Assembly: GCA_013239625.1 (NCBI GenBank)
Contig: MU053994.1
Location: forward strand, 124,001-188,000
Direction: 5' to 3'
Origin: Lama guanicoe
Taxonomy: Eukaryota
DNA: 64,000 bases
The position numbers and the translations under genes were made by a program. Shown here one piece after another: positions 1-14,300 of this stretch (the first letter of the stretch is position 1; the number at the start of each line of letters is the position of its first letter). Under the pieces are notes generated by a model. The model ran no database searches. It was not told the origin of the DNA and saw only the letters and a list, made by a program, of their open reading frames with translations.

Positions 1-90
1 TTTCATTATAGGTTACTACAAGATATCGAATATAGTTCCCTGTGCTATTCAGTATAAGCTTGTTGTTTATCTATTTTATATATAGTAGTT
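1..90 (-). mobile_element. L1 3' UTR fragment, antisense, cut by window edge
   Basis: Reverse complement of the L1 3' end text also seen at 1460-1520 and 28840-28930 (TATAGTTCCCTGTGCTAT, TATTTTATATATAGTAG). Confidence 0.7.
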
Positions 91-97
91 AGTGATT

Positions 98-246
98 GTC
101 ATTCTACGTGAAGTAAGCCAGAAAGAGAAGGAAAAATACCATATGATATCATTTCTTGTATGTGGAATCTAAAAAAAAGACAAACTTATTTACAAAACAG
201 AAACAGACTCAAAAACATAGAAAACAAACTTATGGTTACCAGGGGA
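98..246 (+). mobile_element. L1 ORF2-end/3' UTR fragment, sense
   Basis: GTGAAGTAAGCCAGAAAGAGAAGGAAAAATACCATATGATATCA...AAACTTATGGTTACCAGGGG is typical of L1 3' ends. Confidence 0.7.
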
Positions 247-1367
247 GTTCCGAGTCTTTTTATCACCACAGACTGTTTTTATACAGTGGACCCTCACCAT
301 TCCTGAGGGTTATGTCCCAAAAGGTTAGTAGACACCTACATTTATAAATACCCAGTGTGGCATTGAGTTTTTCTCACTAAATGCAATGAAGTAGAGCAGG
401 CACGTTCATGTGACCCCTTCCTAGCCTTAATGATTCTGAAATACAGGAAGAAAGTCATTTACAAAATCATTAAAACAAATGCTGTGGCTAAAATAAACTC
501 AAGATCACATTATGTTCTGTCATTACTGTGGTAACACTGACAGGGCATTTCCTTTACGCTGTGTGAAACACAGGTGTAGCTTTCTTTTTTTTTTTTGAAT
601 CATTTCATGAGGACTTCTGGGTAGGTGACTTTGACTAGAGAACAGCACGGGCTTTTGCAGTCACTAAGCTTGCTAGCACACTGTACAATGCGTGCTTTAG
701 TGAAATTACAGATCCCAAAATGGACCTGTGAACTGATTCTCTAGGATGTTGAAACTGTATGTGCCAAGTTTGGCTATCATGAGGCTCTGCTAGATTGCAT
801 GTTTTCTGAGATTTAGCCTCCCAAACCGTATTTCTTAAGTAATAATTTCTTTTCCCAGTCGTATTTGGCAAAGACATATATCATTGCTGCCTCAGGTTTC
901 TTACCAATGCACAATAATCAGTGTTCCCATGACGAAATGACACTGTTCCCATAAAAAGCACCATTCTGTCCTTTTAAAGTAAACCACCCAATTGTGGGTT
1001 TCATTAGGTCAGGTTAGGAGACAACAGGTCTAGAAGTTTTTCAGGGTCCCTTCCAGGTACCATTCTGTGATCCAGGCTGCAGGAAGAGGCCCCTTCTCTC
1101 TGGCCAGAACCACAGGATCCATACCTAGTAAGCTGGTTGGGCCTAATGGCCTGGTATAGCAACTGGACCATCTCATCCATTCTTCCTTCCACATCTCTGA
1201 TCGCTGGGCTGAGAGAAGGGATGTTACATGGTCAGCAGACATTTGCAGAGGCCTTGCCATGTGTCAACCACCACACCACAGACAGGGGAGCAAAAATGAG
1301 TAAGACAGAGTACTTGCCCTTGGGTAGTTGGCACTATACTAGGCAGACATGAAAACAGGTAATTCCA

Positions 1368-1630
1368 ACAGACTCAGAGATACAGAGAACAAACTAGTGG
1401 GTACCAGTGGAGAAATGGAGGGGGGAGGGGCAAGATAGAGGTATGGGCTTAAAAGATATGAACTACTATGTATAAAATAGATAAACAACAAGGATATATT
1501 GTACAGCCCAGGGAATTAGTCATTACCTTATAACTTTTAATGGAGTATAGTTTGTAAAAGTACTGAATCACTATGTTGTACACCTGAAACTAGTATAATA
1601 TTGTGAATCAACTATACTGCTATAAAATTA
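1368..1630 (+). mobile_element. 5'-truncated L1 3' end
   Basis: CAGACTCAGAGATACAGAGAACAAACTAGTGG...CACCTGAAACTAGTATAATATTGTGAATCAACTATACT followed by an A-rich tail. Confidence 0.75.
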
Positions 1631-3112
1631 TTTATTAATATTAAAAAAGCAGGTCATGTTAATATGATACTGTTTAAGTGCTAAGGTTTGTATAAGGAGT
1701 GCTGGGAGCTCAGAGGAGGGATTTCTTATCCTCCTCCAGATTCCAGGAAGGCTTCCTGGAAGAGGTGATGCCTGAGATAAGCTGACCAGACTAAGAAAGC
1801 TAGGATGTTTCTTCCAAGAAAAGTCAGAAAGAGGCATGGAACCACATGGTGAAGGAAGGGAAACTGCGGGTGATTTGGTTTTAGGGAAGTAAAAAGCTTC
1901 ATGTAGGGAGCGGAGGAGAATGGCAGGAGGTCAGAAAGGGCTCTCTGTGTCTCACTTGGAGATTAGCTCACCTAGATTCCAGGGGGAAGCTATGAAGCAC
2001 AGCTGACACCACAGAGTTGGTCTGTCTTGAGGCGGAGGGAGCTGACCTTCTGTACCTTGTCAGTCAGTCATTGACTGAAATCCACCAGGGGTGGGTGCAC
2101 AGCGTAGCCTCACATTGGTTGAGGGCAAATATCCCAAGAAGAGGGCAGCTGTCAACTTTGTTAGCAGCCAACTTACAGCTACTGGGAGATGGGGCACCTG
2201 CCAGTAAAGTAAAGGGATCTGTGCCAGCATGAGGGGCTTCAGTTCATCTGACTCATTCCTCTTCATCCTTCATTTGGTACCCAGGTTAGATGGTGTGGCT
2301 CCCCTAGTGAGCCTTTCCTACCTCCAAGTGTAGGTTAGGAGTCTTCCCATGTTTCCACAACACCTCTATTACCCCTCACAAGCCTAATTAACGCCCCCAG
2401 GTAGGTTGTAAACACTATGAAGTCAGGGGCTTTTTAAAACTTTAGCACCTACTACTGTCCTAGTGTATAGTCGGTGCTCAGTTAATATCTAAACAGTCAC
2501 CAAATCCTGTGAGATATCTCTTTCATTAGCCTCTTTGCCATCTTTCTGCCAACATGATCAACTCATAGCTACTGCATTGGTCTTAGTTGTCACCATTGTG
2601 GGACATTTTGTCTGTAATACTAATCACATCATTAAAAGTAAAAACCAACCAATTCACAGCAAAATGCTCCCATTGGTTCCCTACTGCCCACACATACAGT
2701 CCAAGCTGCCTAATTGGACTTGTAAACCCATCCAAAATGTGAACCCAATCTGTCCTTCCACCTCATCGCCCCGTTGGTTAGAATACTACCCCACTGGCCT
2801 GCGTGTGGCTTGTTTGTTGTGGCTTTGAATCTTTGCCCCCTCTCCGTCTCCCCTTGGGCCTGGAGTTTCCTACGCATGTTACAAAGTCCTGTAGAAAGCC
2901 CTGCTCCCGTCAAGGCTTCTGTCTCCGTCCAGGAACTTCCACTTTTCTGATCCCGCTGGTATTACTGACAGCATCATTCATTTTATGCCCCAACAGTGTC
3001 ATGAACCACGTGTCCTATTGTGTATCAGTCACAGGTACATATTTTTCTCTCCCTTTATAGACAACGCCTTCCTGAAGGGCAGGAATCATGTTTAGCATTT
3101 TTTTCTATCACC

Positions 3113-3292
3113 CAGGGCCAGAACTGGCTACATCATTTAGGGGGCTCAGTACAAGATAAAAATGCAGAGCCCTATTTAAAAAATGGTTAAGAATTTCAAG
3201 ATGGTAGCAGCAGAGCATTAAATCCAGCATGGGGCCCTTCTGGAAGGCCCTTGTGAGGCTGTACAGGTCACATGCCCATGAAGCTGGCCCTG
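3113..3292. mobile_element. MER45A-like non-autonomous hAT DNA transposon
   Basis: Terminal inverted repeats CAGGGCCAG / CTGGCCCTG, 180 bp; family name from recall. Confidence 0.65.
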
Positions 3293-4649
3293 CCGAGGGC
3301 TATGCATACAGTAGATCATCTATGAAAACTTTCAGATGAATGGATGCAGGGAATGAATGAATGTTTAATTAAATAAGTTCAATTTCTTTTAAAACCATTC
3401 TTTAATTTGCAGGAGGCACTTGGTTCCTAAAACCGAAGGAAGACAGTGTTACAGGTGACATAATCAGCGGAGAGCCCATTGTTACCTGCTTATCAAAATT
3501 TAAACGATAAATTTTTAAAAGAATAAAATCATGACTCTCATACAAATATAAACATATGTCAACAATTTTATTTGGCTCATAAATTAATGAGGGAACCAGA
3601 GAAGTGTTACAGCTGATTCAAAGGAAAATCCACAGAGCAGACATATTTATAGGCCATGAGGAACGCTGACATGAATTTACTTAATAGATGCAAAACTAGC
3701 TGCTTCCACAGAGGCTGAGGGAAGTCAATCCAATGCCTACCAGACAGATGTGAGTTTCTAGAGGCAGGAATTATTTACATTACTATCTGTTTTCTACAAG
3801 GTAATTTCTATCTCTACAGAGCTGTAAAAGAGCCCAGTCAAAGACAAAGGCTGAGATAACCCTGATGAATGAGCTAGTCAAAATCTCTACTAAATTCCAG
3901 CCTGGCTCACTTTCTATAGGAGAGAGGGAGGCCATGCAGGAGAGGGAGTGATCTTGCATTACTAATCTCCTCTCTGAATGCAAGCACCTGGAACTTGAGG
4001 GAAATTGTTTCTATTAATAGCTGTCACTTCTCTTGTTTCTGTTCCTGCCTGTGTAATGGAGATTGCCTTTGTTGAGGAGTTTTGAAGGAAGGTGTCTTTC
4101 CTTGGAACAATCAAGTTGGGAGGGACTCACTTTACAATCGAAGCAGGAGTCTTGGCCAGATCACTTGGGATCATTGTTGTTTTTGGAAGGGCTCCCAGTT
4201 TTGCTCTTAAGAAAAGGTGTATGGTCATAAGTACTTTTACATTACCAATTCTGAACATCTGTGGGGGAATGGGCAAACTGTATAAACACTTAGCCATTCC
4301 AAGTAGCCAGGTACGCACAGCGCTTCCCAGGGTATGGCGTCATTAAATATTAACCCATTTGTAAATTTTGGATTTTATCAATCTATGTTCTTGTTCTTTC
4401 TCTAGGGGCCAGTACCATGATACAACGCAAACAACTTAAACTAAATCGCACAGGTTAAATAAGACTCCCTTGTAGGAGATTCCATAGCCTTGCTGCTTGA
4501 AATGTGATCCCCGGAAAGGCTGTTAGAAATACAGTATCTCTGGCCCCACATCAGTCCTACTAGATTAGAGTGAATATTCTACCAATACACTGGTGATTTG
4601 TCAGACTTTTCCAGTTTGAGAAGTTCTGCTTTATAGTATTAAGCCCTGA

Positions 4650-4928
<279 letters not shown>

Positions 4929-5029
4929 TAATCCAATTAATGTTCTGAATAGATAGTAAGAATCACGTGGCTTAAAAAGTGTAAGAAGAAAAACATCAAC
5001 TGTGCACTCTAGCAATTTAGTTCACTTCC

Positions 5030-7390
5030 CGAGAGACGGTCAGTGTTACCAGTGTCTTGTCTTCTCAGAAATGTTCCATGTAAGCACTTTGCTATCTTAG
5101 TAATCACCCTAAATCAGTCCATATAGGACTTTCCATTTTTATTGCCACATAGTATTACATCGTGTGAATGAACCCTAATTTATTTAACCAGTCCCATATG
5201 GAGGACTATTTGGACTATTTCCAATATTTTGCATTACAAATAATGCTATAATAAATAGCCTTGTACATATATCATTTTGTACATGTATGAATATATCTGA
5301 AAGGTAAATCCCTAGACGTGGAATTGCTGGGTCAAAGGCTATGTATATTTGTGATTATTTTTTATTGTGGTAAGAACACTTAATATGACATCTAGTCTCT
5401 TCACGTATTTCTAGAACGTATTCACCTTGTATGGTGGAAACTTTATACTCATTGAGGAAAAAACTCCCCATTTCCCCTCTCCGCCACCCAGCCCCTGGCA
5501 ACAGTCATTCTATTCTCTGCTTCTAGGAGTTTGAGTATTGTAGATTCCTCATGTAAGGGTTATCATGCAGCATTTGTCTTTTTGTGACTGGCTTATTTCA
5601 CTTAGCATAATGTCCTCATTTATCATTTAGAACAGGGTACATAGTAACTGCAATGTAAGTGTTCACTGTTCTTATTACTAAAAATTTTAGTTATATCATT
5701 CCAGACATTTCTCTATGCATAAATGTATGTTCGTATATCTAAATGTGTATCTGTGTATGGTATGTATATATTAATAAGATATTACAATTAAGTATGTGTA
5801 ACAGTTCTATACATATAGTTTGCAGCTTATAATTTTAAATGAACAATTTTTAAGGGACATGCTTCATTTCAGTTTGCGTAGATCTAGCTCATTGTTTTAA
5901 TGACTATATAGTTATTTAGAGTTGTACCATGATTAATTTAACGAACCTTTTAAGTAATGGACACTTGATAAATGTGCAGTATTTACTAATACAAACAAAA
6001 TTGCCCCAAATATCCAATACATACCTTTCTGTGCACTTGTCAGAAAAATGTTGAAATTGAAGTCATTGAATGCAGAGGTGTTTCTAAACTGTCTTTATCT
6101 TTTGCCCATTTTTTTCATACTGTGATGCTTATTTTGAGGACTGTAACTCTTGGTCAATCTATGCTGTAAATATTTTCCTACTTTGCCATTTCTCTTTCAA
6201 TTTATGGCTCATGGCTTTTTGCCACACCAAAATTTTAAATATTTTCCTTGACAAAATTGAACTTTCAAGATTTCTGGATTTTGTACTATGCTTAAAGAGA
6301 CCTTTCCGACTCCAAGATTATAAAGTATTAATTTATATTGACTTTTAGTACTTTTACGGTTTTATTTTAATCTTTAAAATAAATTTATACCTCTTCACCC
6401 ATTTATCCCACCTATTTAAAAGTTATTAAACTTTTAAATCTTTGATTAGTTAGAACTTACTTTTTAAAATAGTGTCAGATGGGTATCCACCTTTCTGTTT
6501 TTTAGTGGAAAAAAACGAAACTTTCCCATAACGTCTGTTGACCAATTACCCCAATGATTTGAAATTCCAATTTTATCACAAACTGAATTTATATAAATCT
6601 ATGGTTTGTTTCTGGACTTTCTATAATTCATTCATTTATTTCCAATTTTTCTTAGCTGTCCTCTCTGATTTATTCTTCCAATTGTATTTTAGAATCAATT
6701 TCTCAAAAGTTAAAAAAATTCTATGGACATTTGATTGGAATCTCAATTGAATTTGTATGTTACTTAGTGAAAATTAACATTTTTAGAATACTGAGTTTTT
6801 CCATACAGGAGCATGGTATATTTTCCCTTTAAGTTTTTAAAAATATCATTTGGTAAAGTTTTGATCTTATGAAGAAGGACTTGTATGTTTCTTGTCAATT
6901 TATTCCTGTGGATTTTATGTTTCCAGGTTTGTGAGTGGAATCTTTTCCTTCATTATATTTTCAGATCATTTATCACTGGCATTTATGAAAGCTTTAAAAA
7001 AATACATATTATTGCAGTTTAGCAACCTAAGGTGCACTTCTCTTATATAAATCTGCATTGTATCTTACAAATATCTTAGTTTTGATAATTATCAAAATGA
7101 TATATCTGGCCACCTTACTGAAGTCCATTTGTCTTTCTATTAGATTTTCATTAGATTCCATTGCGTTTTCTAAATAGACACACATATTATCTGCAAATAA
7201 TTATAATTTTGTTACTTCCTTTCTCAACTGTAGGCTTTATTTTATTTGTTTCCTTATTGCATGGGTCAGAATCTCCGAAGCAATGTTCAGTGATAAGAGG
7301 GATAGTAAACATCCTTGTCTTTATGCTGATTTCATTAGGAATGCTTCAGTGTTTCACCATGATCTTTTCAATTTGCTTCTTATAATGTGG
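5030..7390 (-). mobile_element. Old, nested, degenerate L1M fragments
   Basis: T-rich strand with antisense L1 phrases (GGAATTGCTGGGTCAAAGG, TGACTGGCTTATTTCACTTAGCATAATGTCCTC, AAACATCCTTGTCTT). Confidence 0.65.
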
Positions 7391-8943
7391 GTCATGTTAT
7401 AATAGATTATGACACACCTCTGTTCAGGATAATCCAATGGCTCCCCATAGGAATCAGAGTAAAAGTCATGGTCTGTTCTCTGGACAAAAGACCCTGCAGG
7501 ATCTTGCCTCTATTACTTTTCTGATATCGTGCCCTACTTGTCTTCCTCCTGGTTCTTTATGCTACAGTGGCTTCCTTGTAATTCTATTAAAATGCCAGGT
7601 ACAATCTACCTGAAGGCCTTTGAAGTTTTGATTTCCTTCACCCATAATGTTCACTTTCTACATGTATCTCCCAGCTCTTTCACTTCATTCAGACCTTCAC
7701 TCGAAAGTCATTTTTTTTCAGAGAGGCCTTCCCAAGCCCATTTATCTAAGTTCAATCTTTTTTTAAAAAAACATAAAATATCCTTTATGATATTTGCATG
7801 TATGCACTGAAGGAAAAATACTAACATATGTAAGTCCCTTATTTGAAGCTCCATTGTTTAGGAATTCTGTTGACATATTTTGATTTATGGTTCCCTAATC
7901 TGTTTAGGTTGCAATCTGACTCTTTATTTGCCAAATGTAGAAAACAAAAGTCATTTTGGATTTTATTTAGGCTAATGCGGTATCACCTTTGGGATAAATT
8001 TCATCAGAGGTTATCATTCCCTAGAAAGCCTATTAAAAAGAATCAGAACAACTCCTCTGTTTTTCTGGCAGGCCAGTCCTAGTTTACGGAGTCTTTATTG
8101 TAAGATTCTGGGATTACAGGGCCCTTCAGACAACTTAAATTTCTCACTTACAGATAAAGACTGAAAATGTGTGGGTACTATCTAAATATTGTTTGGGCAT
8201 TGTATTTAATTGCTTAGTGCACTGAAATTTCCACTTCATCATAACTCAAAGGTAAATATGGTATGGCCCAGACTGGGGACTTCCCTAATTTTCGCAGTTC
8301 CTAAAACAGTAAAGTCAAACAATAGGTAACTTCCTGGAAAAATATTACTTGGCCAGTGCCTATTATTCTTTTTAACATAGAGTTGGAATTTATGATTCCA
8401 GAAAAGTATTTGACAACCTTCTCAGTTACTTCTCTGACTATTTAATTATTCAGGTTTTCTACCTCTTTTTGAATTAATTTTTGTAATGAATGTATTCCTA
8501 TAAAAGCATCTAGTTCATATGGATTTTCAAATGTTTGATGTAAAGGTCTAACAGTATAGTTCTATGATATTTTGAATGTCCCATATCTGTGATTACATGC
8601 CCTTTCACATTCCCAATACTTTTCCTTTTTAGCCAGACACACCAGCATTTTGTCTGTGTTGTTCATCCTTTTAAGGAACTAGCTTTTGGTTTTTATTAAT
8701 TCTTTTTATTTTTCTCTTTTGCTTCCTAATTCATTATTTTCTGTCTTTATGTTGATTTTCCAGTGTTCTTTTCCTTTATTTTGTTTTCTCCTATAGTTTT
8801 TAAAAAGTACTTAATTAGAATACCTTCCATTTTTATAATTATAGTAATAACAACTCAGATCAATGAATTTTCCTTTGAGTTCAGTTTTGGTCATAATTAA
8901 TAAGTTTTGATATGTAATGGTCTCAATGTCTGTAATTCTTTTT

Positions 8944-9122
8944 TCTAAGGTTTTTTTAAAAAATATTTTATTTATTTGCCAACATATTATTTAATTATTT
9001 TATTTTGATGGGAGGTGGTGGAGGTAATCAGGTTTATTTATTTTTAGAGGAGGTACTGGGGACTGAACCCAGGACCTCGTACATGCAAAGCATGTGCTCT
9101 ACCACTTGAGCTATACCCTCCC
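8944..9122 (-). mobile_element. tRNA-derived SINE of camelid (Vic-like) type
   Basis: Minus strand reads GGGGAGGGTATAGCTCAAGTGGTAGAGCACATG...CCTGGGTTCAGTCCCCAGTACCTCC (pol III A and B boxes) with an A-rich tail. Flanking direct repeat TAATTCTTTTT at 8933-8943 and 9127-9137. Confidence 0.8.
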
Positions 9123-11161
9123 TCTATAATTCTTTTTAGTTCCGTAATTACCATCCTGACTTCTATTTAGACAGGAGTTTTTAGAAAAATGAATTTGTTA
9201 GTTCAGATTTGGCATTTTCACTTTAATATGATAACACGACATGTAGCTCTGAATACAGTGAAACTGCTCTTCTCACACATTGCTAGTATTCTTGTAAACT
9301 GCTATATATCATTTAGAGGTTATTTTGAAAAGCACAAAAATGTTTATCATATTATTTTTAAGTAAAAAAATGTAGGATACTAAATACTATACAGACTGTA
9401 ATTTTAAGACTATAATAAATAAATCAAACCATAGTAGGGGGGAAAGGTCAGAAGAAGGAGCAAAATTAACAGTGAAATGGTTGCCTCTATTTTACAAATA
9501 TTCTTCTATACTATGTTTATGTGAAAAAATTATATTTACCACGTAGCAAACACTTGCTATTTGCTCGAAGAGCCAAATATATGTTATCTTTGATCTTTAC
9601 AGATAATTTTATGCAACTCTGTAACTTCAGCACTTTAAAGTCAGATTAAGAAATGTGACAAAGTTCATCTAACATGAAATTATCAGAGTCGGATATCACA
9701 ACCCCAATGCCCTTCCTCTTTCTCCTGCACCTAGGCTTCTTAATCTAGGATATGTGAATTTATTTGAGAAAAAAGTATTACATCTCAAGCTGAAATGTAG
9801 CATTTCATTCAATTCTGAATTAACAGTGGCTGTGACTCTGTCACCAGATGTCATAGATATTCTCATGTCTTATTACTCTTGTTGCAGATATTGTGAAATA
9901 TTTTACTCCCATCACTCCTTAGACATGTCAGTAGTTATTAGACCCACTATTAGATCTTATTATTTCATGTGTTAATAAAGAATCCATATATCATTACATC
10001 ACAAATTTGGTTTAAAATTTTTTGCTAACCATATTTTAATATAATTAATTTTCTTGGGACTCCTGTGTATTTTACTTAATGTGTTTGAAGACTTTTTTCT
10101 GAGACAGTCCAGACTGCCAACTGATCCATAGGACTAAAAAGGTTAAGACTCCTTGAAGCTATACTGTGAAGTTTCATTGTGTAATTATACATTTTGAATT
10201 AAACAATTAAGATGCATCATTATTCTACTGTTTAAAATTGTGACTTCTATTTAAAAATTGTTGTGTATTCAGGAAAACAGTGGATAGAAAAATTATCCCA
10301 AACAGAATTGTCATGTGTTTCCTGCTGATTTATTTTAAGCTGCTGTCAATAATTCCAAGAGCCTTAAAAAGATCAAATAAGTAATTACTCTTCATAGGAC
10401 CCCCTGTGTAGTAGCAATAATCTAAATTTGAATAGGATCTGTGGCAAATTCAAGTAAAAAAAAAAAATCTTTTCGTAGAGCATTTAGAGGCCAGTGATTT
10501 ATTTTTAAGGCAGATGTCCTAAAAATAATCTATCTTGTAGCTGAGTTTGCTATTTGATGTCATGATTATAAAATGTGGCTTGCCTTTTCCCATTCATCTT
10601 CTTCTTTTGTTTGCCCAAAGCACAGATTGTATAAAATCTTGCCCATTTATTTTCACAGTCTCTGCTCTCTGTCACATACAAATGAAACCTAGCTCAGAAA
10701 TAATATGCCTGCAGAAACACAGCGTATTTACTCTTTTAAAGGCGCAGGCATGGCCGTATGCCAGGAACTAATACAACACTGGAAATGAACTATGCTTCAG
10801 TTAAAAACAATCAAAAGTAAATAAAGGAACAAGCATATATCAGCTTGCTTCCATTGAAGATAAATAAAAGTATGACTATTTATCTGTCTTTTTTTACTTT
10901 TAATTATTGGACGGCAGAAGGAATGAAATCCTCAGAAACATGTTTTGCTTTGCAAATGCTGAAAATAGTTGAATTTGCTTGCCCACATGCTTTTTTGAGA
11001 AACATGCACAATGACATTATGGCAGCTCTGGTTTTCTTAACAGAGAAAAAGTCTTTCTTAAAATGTATACAATTCTGGAAAGGAAACGATGCTAAAACTT
11101 GAACTTAGCAGAGAGGAGAAAGAAACAACCCAAGGCCAGTAATATGGAAACAGTCACATGA

Positions 11162-11353
<192 letters not shown>

Positions 11354-14300
11354 AAAGCTCCGTGTCGCACTGTGGCCCTGCAGAAGGTCCCTGAGATTTC
11401 CTGAGCCTACTACCCGAGGCCCTTCCCACACAAGCCACATTCAATGGTATCACAACCCTGAGCCTTAACATTGCCGCCGAGAGAAGGAAGGAAGGACTGA
11501 AGGAAGGTAGGAAGGGAGCAGGCAGGTGAAGGCAATAATGGTACAAGATTTAAGGGAAAAAACAGTGTGAGAACCTGCGAGCCTAAGACACCCAACTCTT
11601 CTAAAACCCATAGAGATGGACTATGTCAGGGAATAGATGCGAGACCAGAGATCCGAGGAAAAGGGGAAAGAAATCATCTGTCTTTCAGTTACGGCCTAGA
11701 AAGCAAAACTGAAATGGGGACTATGGCAATGAGATGCCAAAATACCTTTACAATTGGAGAGAGAATCTGACCATTTCTGGGTGCCCTCCACCCCTAAATT
11801 CAAAAATAAAGACAATCAAAAAACTCAAGTAATTGCCCAGCGGAAAACGGCTAGGAGGGGTAAGTGTCCAGTTGCTGAAGGACAAAAGAGGGAAACTCTT
11901 GGTTGTCCTTTGCCTTTACTTATTGAAATTCATGATTTGTAGTGAATGGAGAAGTTGGCATGTGAATCTTTATTTTTAATCATTCCCCTGGGCATTTTAA
12001 GAAATCATGTCATAACTTAGGTTTAGACCCTCAAATTCAAAGTTTCCTTAGGCCTTAGAGCATCTCTTTTCCTGGTTCCTTTTTTTTCCTAAAGCTCAAT
12101 TAGAGTAGAAAAATTCGTAGGCTCGCAAATACGATAGCAAGTGTTGCTGCCAAGTGTTTTTCTCAATTTGAAGCGCAAGCTGTGTATTGTCTATTGTTAG
12201 TAATTTTTTAAATGCCTGTGTAATCCCAATGAAGCTATTAGCTGAATTGTAAAATATACTTGTGGTAAAAATCACTCATCTCAAAGATCAGGGTAACCAC
12301 TACAACAGTGTGTCATGTCTGCCTTTGCTGGAATACCGTGTTCCACACACTGGCCTGGAAAGGGACCAGTGATTGTGGAAAGAACACTGCTCAGTTTTAC
12401 ACTATTCAGTTAAGAGATATGTGAACTCCCTGGCTGGTCACCTTACCTTCCAAGACACAGGCTCCACCAGAATTTGTCTACAATACCCACTGAGCCAAGT
12501 TGTCACATTGAATTCAACCCTGCTGTCAACACGTAGGAGTTATAAAACAACTTCAAGTAAACAGTGGTTTGCAGAACACTGTGGGAGCATCTGCCACTTC
12601 AATACTCAGAACACGAGTCTCCCCTTTTCCTAGAATTTGGTCACTGGCAACTTCATATATTGGAGTGAGGAGGAAATTGCATACTGTATAAGATTTAACA
12701 ATTATTTAAATAGTCATTAAATATTTGGATATACATGATAGATGTAGAATATATACGTATAACTAAGTGCTTAGGTTTACATGGGGGTATAAATATATAT
12801 GTATATATTCTGCATTTATCCCCATGTAAACCTAAGGAGTTATTTAGTTCAGTAGTTCCTAACTTCTTGATTCATAGATGAACTTTGGGAAGAGTTGGGA
12901 ATACTCTTGCCTAAAAATGTGTGTGTGTGTGTGTGTATGCGCATGCACTCTTTTTAATGGGAAGACAATCTCTATCATTCATTAAGATTCTCAAAGTATC
13001 TGTGGCTAAAGAAAGGTAAGAACTGTCTTTGTATATTTTATGACTCTGTTTATGTTTGCACACATCAGAACAAACTAGGGCAAAATGGTTTTGAAAAGCT
13101 TGTACCTTTTTAGCTCATTGTTTCATTTTCACATCCTCAGATTCAAATATGTAAAGTTGGCCTCGGTTGTTCATCTTTGAACATACTCAGGTTGAATCAG
13201 TACCATGTATATAAACAGCTTTCAGGTGACTCCCAAAGTTGGGTTCCAGAAGTTCTTTTGTGAATGGTCAAGGACCTCTCAGAAAGCCTTAAGACAAAAT
13301 GCCTTCTCCAAAGTAGTCTCCTTTTGAAATGATAGTGGGACCTGGTTTTCACCATCTGGTTTTAAATTCATGGCACCTGTCCCCTGTAGGGCTGAGGGTA
13401 ATAAGCATTCAATGTATCGGGCTTTATAGAAGGCATGTTTTTTTTAATCATCCAGCAACCCTTCGAGGTGATTTACATAATTGAGCCAAAGTCTCACAGT
13501 TGGGAAGGGGCAGAATGAGGAGCCAAACCCAAGGTTTCACTTCCCAAGTGTATTCATTCAGTATTCTAGGCTAGAACCTGAGGATCCAGCAGTGAACAAA
13601 ATCACCTCCAGAAGTTAGCTTCTGTTTCTGTTTGCTGACCCTTCCGGCCATTCATCCTGAAGACCTAAAACCTAAAGCACTAAGAAGTGATAATCTAGCT
13701 CAACATAGCAGTTTCATTTCTAGGAACTTCAGAAAAACTGAATTAATTGCTGCTCGCCCACCCTTTTAAGGTCCAGTAGGCTAACTGTGATGTTGTTGTG
13801 CTGACTATTGTGAAAAGGCAACCATTTTGTGTGTTACATCCAAGAAAAGGCCATGTTGGTGTCCTTTTGAATTGACACCGCGGTAAATTAGAAGCAAGGG
13901 TAAGCTTGTCTCGCACTTAAACATGTTGAGAGTTTTCATTTTTGTGAAAGAGTGGAATTAAAGGTTTGGGAAGGCTCTCATCTATCTTGTTTTCCCAAGA
14001 AAAAGGAAAGAGACCTTTTTAGTGTTGTTGTAGAAAAGTGTGGCATGTCACTTCTTAAGTTACGAACTTGTTCCCTTCTGTGTAATAACATTCTTTTTTG
14101 AATAGTGCTGAAGTGTGTTGCCTTTTGAAGGCTATGAGGATATTTTCACCATCACTAGTTTAACTTTAATATTATTTACTTTATGTGACACGAAAATTAT
14201 AAACCCTGAGGTGACAGTGGAAATATTTGAGGATAGATTGAAATAATCTCTCAACAATGGGGAAGACTGCCTTATACTTGGAGAACAGGGAGTTTTGGAA

